From Anaerolineae bacterium (GTDB lineage: Bacteria > Chloroflexota > Anaerolineae > UBA1429), in contig OY776562.1 in the NCBI GenBank assembly GCA_963675785.1, forward strand, positions 384,001 to 448,000: a stretch of 64,000 bases of DNA. Direction: 5' to 3'. Under the pieces are notes generated by a model, which had not been told where the DNA came from, did no database searches, and saw only the letters and a program-made list of their open reading frames with translations. This document shows positions 39,830 to 49,916 of the stretch, in pieces. A program made the position numbers and the translations under genes. How positions within the stretch are numbered: position 1 is the first letter of the stretch; each line of letters starts with the position of its first letter.

Positions 39830-41166
39830 CAGGTGCAGCAGATGCATCCGAGAGATCTGTTAACGGGCAAGAGCGTGCTTTTCTTGTCAGTGTAGCAGTG
39901 CGGGGCGAGCCGTACAGCTTTAGCCCCGAAGAATCTTTGGACGAGCTTGAACGGCTCGCTCAAACGGCAGGTATCCAAGTTGTCGGCCGCGAGCTGCAAA
40001 ATTTGGATGCCATCAAGTCTGGCACATATATCGGCACCGGCAAAGTTGAGACCATCAGACAGATTTGCGATGCTGAAGAGTTGGACATGGTCATCTTTGA
40101 TGATGAACTGTCTCCGGCTCAGCTTCGCACGCTCGAGAGTGAGATTGGCGTCCGGATCATTGACCGTACGGCCCTGATTTTGGACATCTTTGCCCTCCAT
40201 GCTCGAACACGAGAGGGCGCTTTGCAGGTTGCGCTGGCGCAGTATTCCTACAGACTACCGCGCCTGACGCGAATGTGGACGCACCTTTCCCGACAGGGTG
40301 TGGGCGGCGTGGGTCTTCGAGGCCCTGGTGAGACTCAGCTTGAGCTTGACCGCCGCGAAATCTCGCGGCGCATGGCGCAAATTCGCGAAGAACTGGATCA
40401 GGTGCGCAAGCAGCGCAGTTCACAGCGAAGGCGTCGCCGGCGGCAGGGCTTGCCGGTGGTTTCGATCGTTGGTTATACCAACGCTGGCAAATCAACCCTG
40501 TTGAATCGCTTGTCTGGTGCCGATGTATTGGTGGAAGACAAGCTCTTTGCCACACTCGATCCGACCACACGCCGTGTGGATCTCGAAACCGGCAAAGAAG
40601 TGCTCTTTACCGATACAGTAGGTTTTATCCAAAAGCTACCCACGCAGTTGGTAGCAGCATTCCGCGCCACGCTGGAAGAGGTGCTGGAGGCAGATATTCT
40701 GCTTCTTGTGGCTGATATCAGCGACCCCAACCTAGTGGCCAAAGTGGATGCTGTGGACGATGTGTTGGCAGAAATCGGTGCAGCCGATAAACCCACTATC
40801 CTGGTACTGAACAAGATCGACCTGGTGGATCTTGAAGAGGATTTCTACCTGGTGCCGAATCGCTTTGTGGGCGCATCGACGCGGTTCGATTCGCTTCGTG
40901 CTCGCTATGATCGCATCAGCCTGGTCTCCGCCGAGCAGGGTGTGGGTATCGAAGAACTGTTGGCGAGTGTGGAGGACCTTATCTCAGATCAGATGGTCGA
41001 GCTGAGTGCTTTGTTGCCTTATGCCCAAGGAGAGTTGCTCAACGAGTGGCATAAACATGGTCTCGTTGAATCGGAAACGTTCACGGGCAAAGGCGTACTC
41101 ATTTCGGGCCGAGTGCCGCGAGGATTGGCCGGTTCACTCGAAGAATTTGCTGTTACTGGTCAGTAA
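39817..41166 (+). CDS. hflX: GTPase HflX (start uncertain, probably ATT 39817)
   Basis: GPGETQLE, GYTNAGKST, FATLD, DTVGF, NKID. Confidence 0.93.
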   Translation: MKTLTGAADASERSVNGQERAFLVSVAVRGEPYSFSPEESLDELERLAQTAGIQVVGRELQNLDAIKSGTYIGTGKVETIRQICDAEELDMVIFDDELSPAQLRTLESEIGVRIIDRTALILDIFALHARTREGALQVALAQYSYRLPRLTRMWTHLSRQGVGGVGLRGPGETQLELDRREISRRMAQIREELDQVRKQRSSQRRRRRRQGLPVVSIVGYTNAGKSTLLNRLSGADVLVEDKLFATLDPTTRRVDLETGKEVLFTDTVGFIQKLPTQLVAAFRATLEEVLEADILLLVADISDPNLVAKVDAVDDVLAEIGAADKPTILVLNKIDLVDLEEDFYLVPNRFVGASTRFDSLRARYDRISLVSAEQGVGIEELLASVEDLISDQMVELSALLPYAQGELLNEWHKHGLVESETFTGKGVLISGRVPRGLAGSLEEFAVTGQ

Positions 41167-41178
41167 TAGCAAACAACA

Positions 41179-41211
41179 AGAAGGCGGGAGCTTTTTGCTC
41201 CCGCCTTTTTT
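41179..41211. terminator. Bidirectional intrinsic terminator
   Basis: aaggcgggag/ctcccgcctt stem with tails between convergent genes. Confidence 0.85.
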
Positions 41212-41220
41212 GTGCGATGC

Positions 41221-42594
41221 TTACTTGACCACATACAGCACGCCGCGTTCACTGCCGATGCGCAGCAACAAACCTTGCTCTACCATTGTTTCGAGATCGT
41301 TTACCCGTTCGCTTTCTGAGGTTTGCGGGCATAATTGGCGGTACTGGCGTTGCGAGAGGCGCCCGTGCTCGCTGATATAGCGCATGGCCAAGAGTTGTCG
41401 ATCGTTGAGAATGCCCTCGTAATCCGCTTGAACTTGTTGTACCTCGTTGCGCAAGATGATAGAAAAGGAACGTCGCGTATCATGTAGTTCGGGGTCGGGG
41501 TGGTGGTCTCGGCGCATGGCATCATAAATGATGTCGATGCCTTGCCCCAATTCTTCAATATACCCCCAATAATAAAGCCCGCGCACCAATCTTGGGTTGC
41601 GCGAATAGTGTTCATCCAGGATGTTATCCAGCGTGATATGGCCGGGCAGGCCGCCGGGCGACATGATCTCCATGCGATCATCAAAGAGGCGTATCTCGAT
41701 GCGCTGCCCACTGACGGCGTAATCGCGATGGCAAATGGCATTGACGACAGCCTCGCGCACAGCCTCGATGGGGTAGGCATAGTTCTCGCGTCTCTCCAGC
41801 CCATCCATAACCGGCTGGTGCTGCATCTCATCCAGCAGCACGCTCCAGGTGTTCTCAACAACCCTGGCTGCGGGGCCAATAATCTCTACTCGGCGTGAAT
41901 AGCGCTCACTAGAGGAAGCAGCTTCTCTGATACTTGTGCCGCGAAAGCGGATGATGACAACACCAACCTGGGGCATAAAAAACTGCGGGTGTTTGGCAAA
42001 CAGCAGGATGCCTGCACGCGTGGGATTACCATTTTGATCGATGGCGCCGGCATCACGCAAAAGCTCGCTTCGAGTGAATACCTCTCCCCGAGGGCCGCGC
42101 GCCACTCTGTTTCGTTCGTATTCGGCAATAATCTCTTCGTCCAGATCATCCAATGTAGCACCGGCAACGGAGGCCTCTTCAAAGCTGTCGTCGCTAACGT
42201 TGGTGGCGGGCACCAGCTTCTCGGGGGATAGAGGAATGTTGAGCATGCCGGTTCGAACATAGATCTTGTTCTCGACAGAGCGTTTTTGCAGGCCGCCGTA
42301 AGGCACACGTACGACCACAATCTGTCCGTCCGGCACATCCTGTACGTTCCATTCGGGTAGATTATCGACGCGGAAAGGAGGCCTACAGAGATCCAGAGCA
42401 CGCAAAAAGAGGGGCTCTAGAAAATCGGCCGAGTCATAACCGACTCGGCCTTCTGTGCCCATGCCAAGAATAATAGTTCCGCCTGCCGTGTTGGCAAAAG
42501 CGGTGAGCTGCACTGCAAGTTCGCTGGCGGAAGGGTCCTCCATAAAGGTGATATTCTGGCTTGGCCCCTGCAGCAGCAGTGATCGAACGCTCAT
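41221..42594 (-). CDS. AlbA_2/Schlafen-like domain + HATPase_c_4 (RecG C-terminal-like) + winged HTH protein
   Basis: AFANTAGG; YP..AVREAVVNAICHRDY, SPGGL, SRNP, EELGQGI; C-terminal LNDRQ...wHTH. Confidence 0.85.
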   Translation of the reverse strand: MSVRSLLLQGPSQNITFMEDPSASELAVQLTAFANTAGGTIILGMGTEGRVGYDSADFLEPLFLRALDLCRPPFRVDNLPEWNVQDVPDGQIVVVRVPYGGLQKRSVENKIYVRTGMLNIPLSPEKLVPATNVSDDSFEEASVAGATLDDLDEEIIAEYERNRVARGPRGEVFTRSELLRDAGAIDQNGNPTRAGILLFAKHPQFFMPQVGVVIIRFRGTSIREAASSSERYSRRVEIIGPAARVVENTWSVLLDEMQHQPVMDGLERRENYAYPIEAVREAVVNAICHRDYAVSGQRIEIRLFDDRMEIMSPGGLPGHITLDNILDEHYSRNPRLVRGLYYWGYIEELGQGIDIIYDAMRRDHHPDPELHDTRRSFSIILRNEVQQVQADYEGILNDRQLLAMRYISEHGRLSQRQYRQLCPQTSESERVNDLETMVEQGLLLRIGSERGVLYVVK

Positions 42595-42600
42595 GCTCGC

Positions 42601-42695
42601 TTCCTTGTGCTCACGCACGCCCTTTTGTGCTCACGCACGCCTTTTTGTGCTAACGCACGCCTTTTTGTGCTCACGCACGCTTTTTTGTGCTAACG
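42601..42695. repeat. 20-bp tandem repeat, about 4.75 copies
   Basis: Unit ctttttgtgct(c/a)acgcacgc at 42601, 42621, 42641, 42661 and partial at 42681. Confidence 0.95.
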
Positions 42696-43190
42696 GATGA
42701 TGGGGAACGGGTATACGACCTTCCAAGTCCCATCCTCTTTGATCAACTTGAGGAGTAGCTCACCTTGGGTCGTCGAAGAGGAACTGCTGCTGATCAGCAC
42801 CGAAAAATAGCGCAGGTCCTGATCTTTTTCCAGTGTTACGATCTCATAGTCGCCCAAGTTGAGCGTGTGCTCGTTAGTCGTCAATTCAAAGTGGTCGCGC
42901 AACTCGGATTGAGTGACTTCACGGCCGTAAATATCGACAAGCTGGCTTTGAGCTGTCAGGGTATAGACCTCGGTAAAGCTATTTCTGGCCAGAGCATCGA
43001 GATAGAGATCAACGGTTTTTTCGGGAGTGTTCACCGTATTATCGGTATAAAAACCGATGAGCATATCGACACCCATGTAGAGAATTACGGCAAGTACGAG
43101 CACACTCACAATTTGTATGCCCCGGCCAACCTGACCGAATCGGTGCCCCCAACGATCTTCCAAGGAATCTGATTCTGGTTCTTTTGCCAT
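42690..43190 (-). CDS. Single-TM hypothetical protein with NTF2-like extracytoplasmic domain
   Basis: TM helix, TPE..V..Y..AL, C-terminal L.KEDG.WKV. Confidence 0.6.
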   Translation of the reverse strand: MAKEPESDSLEDRWGHRFGQVGRGIQIVSVLVLAVILYMGVDMLIGFYTDNTVNTPEKTVDLYLDALARNSFTEVYTLTAQSQLVDIYGREVTQSELRDHFELTTNEHTLNLGDYEIVTLEKDQDLRYFSVLISSSSSSTTQGELLLKLIKEDGTWKVVYPFPIIR

Positions 43191-43212
43191 GGTGGTATTA
43201 GTCTCCGCTATT

Positions 43213-45849
43213 CTAGCTCTTGCGTCTTGGTGGTTTGCGTTGAACCGTGCGGCGTGTCCTCTTTTGAGGGCCTGTTTCCTCGCTCACTTCGGGCGTGTCG
43301 GGGCTCTTTTTTGTGGGTTTAGGGGTCGCAGTCGTTTTCTTGGGCTTGCTTGGCTCCGCAGTTGTTTTCTTGGTACTGCTTGGCTCTGCTGCCGCAATGC
43401 CATAGAGCGGTACAATATGGGTCAAAGCATCGTCTTTGGGGTCGAGATCAAAGATGGCCCCGCTGCGTGTGCGCGTGACGATTCGTCCCCAGCTTCCTCT
43501 GGCTGCCGAGGGGATGTCGGTAAAGGCGATTCGACTGATTTTGCCGCCACGAGTGCCAAGCATCAAATCGGGTGCATCATCAACCGCTATGGCTGTTGTG
43601 ATCGGACCAGTCAATTCGGATTTCGCCGTATCCACGCTGTTCAACCCAACACCGCCACGACCCTGAGTGCTAAACTCTTGAGCAGATGTCCTGCGCCCAA
43701 AGCCCGTTGCAGTGCCCAGAATGAGAGTCTGTTTATCATTGATTATTGTGGCCGCTATGACAATATCGTCTTCGACCAGAGAAATGGCCTTGATGCCTCC
43801 GCCAGACTTACCCTGTGGCCGTACCGAGTCCTCAGTAAAGCGAATGGCTTTGCCGCCTGCCGTAACGACCATCAAATCCTCATCGCCCTTGGTAAGGAAG
43901 GCACCAACGAGAGCATCTCCGGCTGAGAGGCGAATGATGGATTCTCCCGATGAGGGAATGCCCTGCATCTGCTCCATCTCTAGTCTCTTAACCTTGCCGT
44001 TTCTTGTCAACAGAGAGACAAAGATCTCGGCACTGGTGCTTTCAGTGTGGTCAATCGCGACGACATGTTCGTCATCTTCCAGGCGTACAAGTTTGCCTGT
44101 TTGGATGCGGTTGATTGGCAACTGGTGTCCCTGGAGCGTAAGAGCCCGACCCTTGTTGGTGAAAAAGTAGACGGTCTCACGCGAGTTGATTTGCTGCATG
44201 ATGAACAGCGGATCTCCCGCTTCTGCAGCCATATCGGGGTATCGTTTGCGGCTCTGTACCGACTTTTCATATTGTTCAAGCGGAACTGCCAGCAACCCCC
44301 CATCACGGCTGAGGCTCACACAATAATCCTCATCGGCAACGAGATCATCCAAAGAAAGGTTCTCATTTGAGACACCATCTACAATGCTTGTGCGTCTTGC
44401 ATCGCCATAATCGGCCTTGAGCTGGTTCAGATCATCTCTGATGACGCCGCGGATCGCCTTGGGGCTAGCCAAGAGCTTTTCGAGTTCTTTGATCCGCGAT
44501 TGCAGTTCCTTGTACTCTTGTTCTATCTTGAGGCGTTCGAGAGCCGCCAGGCGCCGCAACTGCATATCCAAAATGGCCCGGGCCTGTATCTCAGTCAATT
44601 TGAACTTGCGGCATAGATTGGTCAGGGCCGTATCCGCGTTTTGCGAATGACGGATGGTATGGATAACCTCATCCAGATTGTCCAGGGCGATGAGTAGACC
44701 TTCCAGCACGTGAGCACGCTCACGTGCATGGGCCAATTCGTACTCACTGCGGCGGCGGATGACCTCTTGCCGGTGCTGAATATAGTGTACGAGAATGCGT
44801 TTTAATGAGAGAACTTGGGGCTCCCCATCGACCAGGGCCAGCATGTTGGCCCCAAATGTGGTCTGCATCTGAGTCTTTTTGAGCAGGAGCTGAAGCACCT
44901 CGACGGCCTCGACGTTGCGCTTGAGTTCGATGACGACGCGGATGCCAGTTCGGTCTGTCTCGTCCCGCAGATCGGCAATGCCTTCAAGTGAGCCTTCGCG
45001 AACGAGGGTGGCAATGCGCTCTACCAGCGTGGATTTGTTGACCAGATAGGGAAGCTCTGTGATGATGATAGCTGTGCGATTGCTCCCCAGGTCTTCGACA
45101 TGGGCCCGAGCGCGTACGATGATACGCCCTTTGCCCGTGGCATACGCCTGGCGGATGCCCTCTGTGCCCAGAATTGATCCGCCGGTTGGAAAGTCTGGTC
45201 CCTGAATGAATTTCATCAAGTGGTCGAGGGTAATATCATCTAACTTGTCATAATGATCAATAATATAACTAATAGCATCAACCAACTCACTCAAGTTATG
45301 GGGCGGGATGTTTGTGGCCATGCCAACGGCGATGCCGCCTACGCCATTCAACAGCAGGCAGGGCAACATACCGGTCAGAACTGTGGGTTCCTGCAGAGAG
45401 CCGTCAAAGTTATCGATCATGTCAACGGTGTCTTTGTGCAGGTCTGTCAACATCTGTTCGCCCAGCTTGGAGAGGCGAGCTTCGGTATAACGCATGGCGG
45501 CCTGGCTGTCACCGTCGATAGAGCCAAAGTTACCCTGACCTTCGACGAGAGGATAGCGCATGGAGAAATCCTGCGCCATTCTGACCATGGCATCATAGAC
45601 AGCGGTATCGCCGTGGGGGTGATACTTGCCCAGTACTTCACCCACAATGCGGGCGCTTTTGCGTGTTGGCTGGTCGCTTCGAATACCCATGACATCCATG
45701 GCATAGAGGATACGGCGTTGCACGGGCTTGAGGCCATCGCGCACGTCGGGCAGAGCACGCGCAGTAATAACGCTCATAGCGTACGAAAGGTACGACGAGC
45801 GCAGTTTTTCATCAATATCTACCCGCTCAAACTGGGGTTGCTCTTCCAT
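43213..45849 (-). CDS. Type IIA topoisomerase subunit A (GyrA/ParC family; ParC-like because the GyrA-box is absent)
   Basis: [31 protein letters not shown] catalytic Tyr, C-terminal beta-pinwheel. Confidence 0.93.
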   Translation of the reverse strand: MEEQPQFERVDIDEKLRSSYLSYAMSVITARALPDVRDGLKPVQRRILYAMDVMGIRSDQPTRKSARIVGEVLGKYHPHGDTAVYDAMVRMAQDFSMRYPLVEGQGNFGSIDGDSQAAMRYTEARLSKLGEQMLTDLHKDTVDMIDNFDGSLQEPTVLTGMLPCLLLNGVGGIAVGMATNIPPHNLSELVDAISYIIDHYDKLDDITLDHLMKFIQGPDFPTGGSILGTEGIRQAYATGKGRIIVRARAHVEDLGSNRTAIIITELPYLVNKSTLVERIATLVREGSLEGIADLRDETDRTGIRVVIELKRNVEAVEVLQLLLKKTQMQTTFGANMLALVDGEPQVLSLKRILVHYIQHRQEVIRRRSEYELAHARERAHVLEGLLIALDNLDEVIHTIRHSQNADTALTNLCRKFKLTEIQARAILDMQLRRLAALERLKIEQEYKELQSRIKELEKLLASPKAIRGVIRDDLNQLKADYGDARRTSIVDGVSNENLSLDDLVADEDYCVSLSRDGGLLAVPLEQYEKSVQSRKRYPDMAAEAGDPLFIMQQINSRETVYFFTNKGRALTLQGHQLPINRIQTGKLVRLEDDEHVVAIDHTESTSAEIFVSLLTRNGKVKRLEMEQMQGIPSSGESIIRLSAGDALVGAFLTKGDEDLMVVTAGGKAIRFTEDSVRPQGKSGGGIKAISLVEDDIVIAATIINDKQTLILGTATGFGRRTSAQEFSTQGRGGVGLNSVDTAKSELTGPITTAIAVDDAPDLMLGTRGGKISRIAFTDIPSAARGSWGRIVTRTRSGAIFDLDPKDDALTHIVPLYGIAAAEPSSTKKTTAEPSKPKKTTATPKPTKKSPDTPEVSEETGPQKRTRRTVQRKPPRRKS

Positions 45850-45895
45850 ATACACTCCAAGGGGATACTGGCCCAAGGCCAGATGGGTTTGGGGG

Positions 45896-46819
45896 TTATA
45901 ATAGCGGGCGTCCGATGAGGCCCGGGTAAAGCTCTATTTCGGCCAGATGTGATGCAACTTGAGCCGGAAGGAAGCATCCATCTTCGGTGAGTACCATATC
46001 GGCGGCCTCCAAGGGAACGATGCTTTCAATCGGACTAACCGCTTTGACAGTGTCTGTATCTACCATCACGCTGGCAGGGTTTCCCCTGGCAAGTAATCTT
46101 TCCAGAGGGAATTCATCGGGTATTGCGCGAAGGGTTGTTCCTAGGATACAGGTTGGAACTCCCAGTTCGCGGGCCTGATTCAACAGGGCATGCGTGCCCA
46201 CCCGACTGAGGAACCCTTCTGCAGATATTGCTGCGGTGCCGATGGTTATAACAGTGGCCCGTGGCAAAAACTCAAAGAGAGCCATATCTGTAGTGATACT
46301 AACGGGTGCATCGACGCTGGCCAGGTCGAGCACGGCAAGGTGTCCCTCAAGATCGGGGCGACCTTCACCGCAGATAAACGAAACTTGAGGATTCGCCTTG
46401 GCAATTGAGACAAGCGCTCTTCGGTGAATGGGCGTATAGGAATATGCCAGAATTGTCTCTTCGCTTGCCAGGGCACTGACGGCTTGATGCGTCAAAGCAT
46501 CTTCGGCCAGCATAATTTCCCCAGCCCACTGCTGCAAGCCGTCAAGGAACTGCAAATTCATCTCTTCGGCAGAAAGACCATCGAGGGACCAAAGGATGCG
46601 GTTGAACAAGCCGATGAGGCGGGCACAAACAGGGTGAGTGCCAAGAACACGACGCACTACCGACAGCAGCCATTTTTGATACGAACTGGCACTCTGGGGT
46701 GCATAATCGCTTACGGCATCCAGTACAATTTGCAGTGTCTGTTGTTCGATAAAATCAGCACTGCTTTCTGATCCTGTATCTAGCTCCTCGAGACGGTTCT
46801 CCCAGTTGATCCTGGACAT
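45896..46819 (-). CDS. eIF-2B alpha/beta/delta (IF-2B/R15P isomerase) family protein
   Basis: GEGRP.LEG, VGT..L...A, LTEDG; family-typical layout. Confidence 0.7.
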   Translation of the reverse strand: MSRINWENRLEELDTGSESSADFIEQQTLQIVLDAVSDYAPQSASSYQKWLLSVVRRVLGTHPVCARLIGLFNRILWSLDGLSAEEMNLQFLDGLQQWAGEIMLAEDALTHQAVSALASEETILAYSYTPIHRRALVSIAKANPQVSFICGEGRPDLEGHLAVLDLASVDAPVSITTDMALFEFLPRATVITIGTAAISAEGFLSRVGTHALLNQARELGVPTCILGTTLRAIPDEFPLERLLARGNPASVMVDTDTVKAVSPIESIVPLEAADMVLTEDGCFLPAQVASHLAEIELYPGLIGRPLL

Positions 46820-46911
46820 GTGAGCCCCTTGCCTGGTTTCTCTTATCCCTGTTGGTGATTATAGCTTTGGGTTCGGAGAGAGGCAACTGGCACTAGAGTT
46901 GACCAGGCGAT

Positions 46912-47808
46912 CTATAGGGACATTTGCAGCAATTCATCAACGCGATAGGCGTTTGTCCAGGCTGTCTCACCCTTTTCGTCTTGACATTCGATGCGCAAGT
47001 AACGCTGTTTCTCTTTGATCAATATTTCGGCCCGATCGATCAACCCCGATTCTGCTCGAACCCTCGCGCCTTGGTTATCGACACCATAAAAGGTAATGTA
47101 TCGGCAGGGGCTGCATTTGACGGAAAGAAACCGCCCCTCCTCTCGCTGATGAATAGCGGCATCCATGATGCGTGGGCCGGTGCTGCAATAAAACTGGCCA
47201 GCCTTGAGCGCTTCCAAGATTTGGCCTTCTTCAAGCGAGGCAGAACGAACCATGACATAGCCTCGGCCGTGGTAGGGTTTCTTCCAATGTGTATCGTCCA
47301 CGGCGATTGCAGTCAGATTGGCGCCAGCCGTCAGGGCTTCATCCCATTGCACGTTCGAATAGCCCAGATTGCGGCCGTAATCACAATCGCTGTTGAAAAC
47401 TTCAACTCCATAAATATCAGGCGCATCCAGAATTTGTTGTGAAGTTTGCCCGCACCAGTAGGGATGAGCAAAAAAGCCCATGCCGCCTTGATGCTTAACC
47501 CAACGCGCCAGGTCGGCTGCGCTAGCGGCCAATTCTCGATCAGGAGTGTGATCTACACCCAGTACCAGCATATGGTAACCAGGGCCATCCAGTTCGACGC
47601 CAGTGATGGTGATAAAGCGGTCGGGGTGGATAATTTGCCCGGACGTAGAAACCCAGTGGTCAGAGAGGGCAATGAAATCATAGCCCTTTTCGTAATACCA
47701 TTCACAAGCTTGTGCTGGTGAATATGCGCCATCGGATTGAGTCGAGTGGGTGTGAAGATTGCCCTTGAACCATTGACCGGATCCTGCAAAAGGGGCGAGT
47801 TGTTTCAT
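46912..47808 (-). CDS. PHP-fold metallohydrolase (CehA/McbA-like)
   Basis: KGNLHTHSTQSDG, SDH, AHPYW, EVFN, DDTH. Confidence 0.85.
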   Translation of the reverse strand: MKQLAPFAGSGQWFKGNLHTHSTQSDGAYSPAQACEWYYEKGYDFIALSDHWVSTSGQIIHPDRFITITGVELDGPGYHMLVLGVDHTPDRELAASAADLARWVKHQGGMGFFAHPYWCGQTSQQILDAPDIYGVEVFNSDCDYGRNLGYSNVQWDEALTAGANLTAIAVDDTHWKKPYHGRGYVMVRSASLEEGQILEALKAGQFYCSTGPRIMDAAIHQREEGRFLSVKCSPCRYITFYGVDNQGARVRAESGLIDRAEILIKEKQRYLRIECQDEKGETAWTNAYRVDELLQMSL

Positions 47809-47868
47809 AAGGGCGTGTTCTCCCATGTGGGCCAATCTGTTATGGAAAGACTGGCCGATCTAGGTTGT

Positions 47869-48504
47869 TTAGGCAGAAATTCCCGCTTCGTCGGTTTTGC
47901 TCTTGGCGCGTTTAAGCCGAAACAACTCTTCGCGTTCTTTTTCCTCGAGCGTATCTTCGATATAAGTGAGCGTCTCTTGGTAAGAGGGGATGAAAACGTG
48001 CTCCAGAGCGTTAACTCGCCGCTGTGTACGGCGTAGTTCAAAAGCGAGGCGCCAAATTGTGGTAACCACTTCGGCATGTTCGCGCATAAGCTCAAGCGCC
48101 TTGAGCCATTCCTGACGGGCCTGATCCACAGTGATGCTGGTATCGCCAAAACCATAGGCCAGTGTGTTTTCTGGCAAATCGCAACGAACTGTAGGGACGG
48201 GTACGCCCATAATGCTTCGGGGGGTGATTCTGATGTTAGGTTCCGTGCTGCGCATCAAGGCAATGTGCTCCAATTGCTCGGTTCCAGAAAAGGCGCGAGC
48301 CTGTTCCAACATTTTGTAAGCACGCCCAAATTGCTCATCCACTTGTTTTTGAATCACGCCAGCTTTTTCAATACGATTAATAATCTCCATCATCAGCACA
48401 TCCCGTTTGCGATCAAGCAGCGAAAAGCCCTGCTGTGCAAGGTCCAAGCGCTGTTTGATGGAGATTAGGTTGCTGCGCGTCGGCGGAATTTGCAGACGGG
48501 CCAT
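47869..48504 (-). CDS. V/A-type ATP synthase subunit D
   Basis: PTRSNL...G..LL.RKR, RRVNALE...IP, LEE.ERE. Confidence 0.95.
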   Translation of the reverse strand: MARLQIPPTRSNLISIKQRLDLAQQGFSLLDRKRDVLMMEIINRIEKAGVIQKQVDEQFGRAYKMLEQARAFSGTEQLEHIALMRSTEPNIRITPRSIMGVPVPTVRCDLPENTLAYGFGDTSITVDQARQEWLKALELMREHAEVVTTIWRLAFELRRTQRRVNALEHVFIPSYQETLTYIEDTLEEKEREELFRLKRAKSKTDEAGISA

Positions 48505-48506
48505 GT

Positions 48507-49916
48507 CTACTCAACCTTTCTATAGTAGGTGGCCAGTTCTTGATCCGACACACGCGTCAGTTCAGAATCGGGTAGTGTGTTCAGGGCACGCCAACCAAGG
48601 TTGAGTGTTTCGTCAATAGAGCGGGACTCGTCTTGCCCTTGGTGGACAAAGTGATTTTCAAAAAAGTCACCAAAGTCGAGATAGAGACGGTCGGTATCTG
48701 AAAGCTCTTCTTCGCCAATAACAGCAGCCAAAGAACGCACTTCTTGTACATGCGCGTACGAGGCATAGAGCTGGTTGGCAAGATGTGGGTGATCTGGACG
48801 AGTAAATCCTTCGCCAATACCGTCTTTCATCAAACGTGACAACGATGGTAGCACGTTGATGCAAGGATATACGCCCTTGCGGAAGAGCTCACGGCTGATC
48901 ACGATCTGCCCCTCAGTGATAAAGCCCGTCATGTCCGGGATGGGGTGACTGATGTCATCATTCGGCATGGACAAGATGGGCACCTGGGTGATGGAACCCT
49001 TGCTACCCTGCAGAATGCCGGTTCTTTCGTACAATGAAGCAAGGTCGCTATACAGGTATCCGGGATAACCTTTGCGGCTGGGGATTTCACCACGCTGGCT
49101 GCCCAACTCGCGCAGGGCCTCACCATAGTTGGTCATGTCTGTCATGATGACCAAAACGTGCATATCTTGCTCAAACGCCAGGAATTCGGCCAGGGTAAGC
49201 GCCGCACGTGGCGTAATGATACGCTCCATGGGGGGGTCGTCTGCCAGGTTTAGGAACATGGCAGTGTTAGCCAGCGCACCGCTCTCGTCAAAGCTGTTGC
49301 GAAAGAACTCGGCATCATCATGCTTGACGCCCATGGCAACAAACACAACAGCAAAGTCCTCGTCTGAATCCATCAGGTGGGCCTGTCGGGAAATCTGGGC
49401 GGCCAGTTCGTTGTGGGGCAGACCGCTACCGGAAAAGATGGGCAGCTTTTGCCCGCGAATGAGGGTGTTCATGCCGTCAATAGCCGATACACCGGTGACG
49501 ATAATGTCACGCGGGTAGGCGCGCCGTGTCGGATTGATGGGTACACCGTTGACATCGCGGTGTGCCTGGGCAAGCGGTGCAGCTATGCCGTCCAGGGGCT
49601 CGCCCAGCCCGGTGAATACGCGGCCTAGCATACTGGTCGACACTGGGATCTGTAAGGGCTGGCCTGCAAAGCGGACGCTGGTGGTAGTGCGTTCCAGGCC
49701 GCTGGTGCCGCCCCAAACCTCGACGACGGCTCCCTTGGTGCTGGATTGGAGTACATGGCCTCGCCTGAGGCTGCCATCAGCAAGGCGGATCTCTACGGCT
49801 TCATCGTAACCGATACCTGTAACACCTTCGACGACGACAATTGGCCCATAGATCTCGGAGAGACCGCGGTTTCTTCTCGTTACGAGTTTTGGCGTTTGCA
49901 TTTCGCTGACGCTCAT
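48507..49916 (-). CDS. V/A-type ATP synthase subunit B
   Basis: RGQKLPIFSGSGLPHN, TDMTNY, GYPGYLYSDLA, HPIPD. Confidence 0.97.
   Translation of the reverse strand: MSVSEMQTPKLVTRRNRGLSEIYGPIVVVEGVTGIGYDEAVEIRLADGSLRRGHVLQSSTKGAVVEVWGGTSGLERTTTSVRFAGQPLQIPVSTSMLGRVFTGLGEPLDGIAAPLAQAHRDVNGVPINPTRRAYPRDIIVTGVSAIDGMNTLIRGQKLPIFSGSGLPHNELAAQISRQAHLMDSDEDFAVVFVAMGVKHDDAEFFRNSFDESGALANTAMFLNLADDPPMERIITPRAALTLAEFLAFEQDMHVLVIMTDMTNYGEALRELGSQRGEIPSRKGYPGYLYSDLASLYERTGILQGSKGSITQVPILSMPNDDISHPIPDMTGFITEGQIVISRELFRKGVYPCINVLPSLSRLMKDGIGEGFTRPDHPHLANQLYASYAHVQEVRSLAAVIGEEELSDTDRLYLDFGDFFENHFVHQGQDESRSIDETLNLGWRALNTLPDSELTRVSDQELATYYRKVE

Noticed and set aside
42601-42695. Possible CRISPR or mini-CRISPR array
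   Set aside because: Units are directly adjacent with no unique spacers, the period is only 20 bp, and there are no cas genes in the window.
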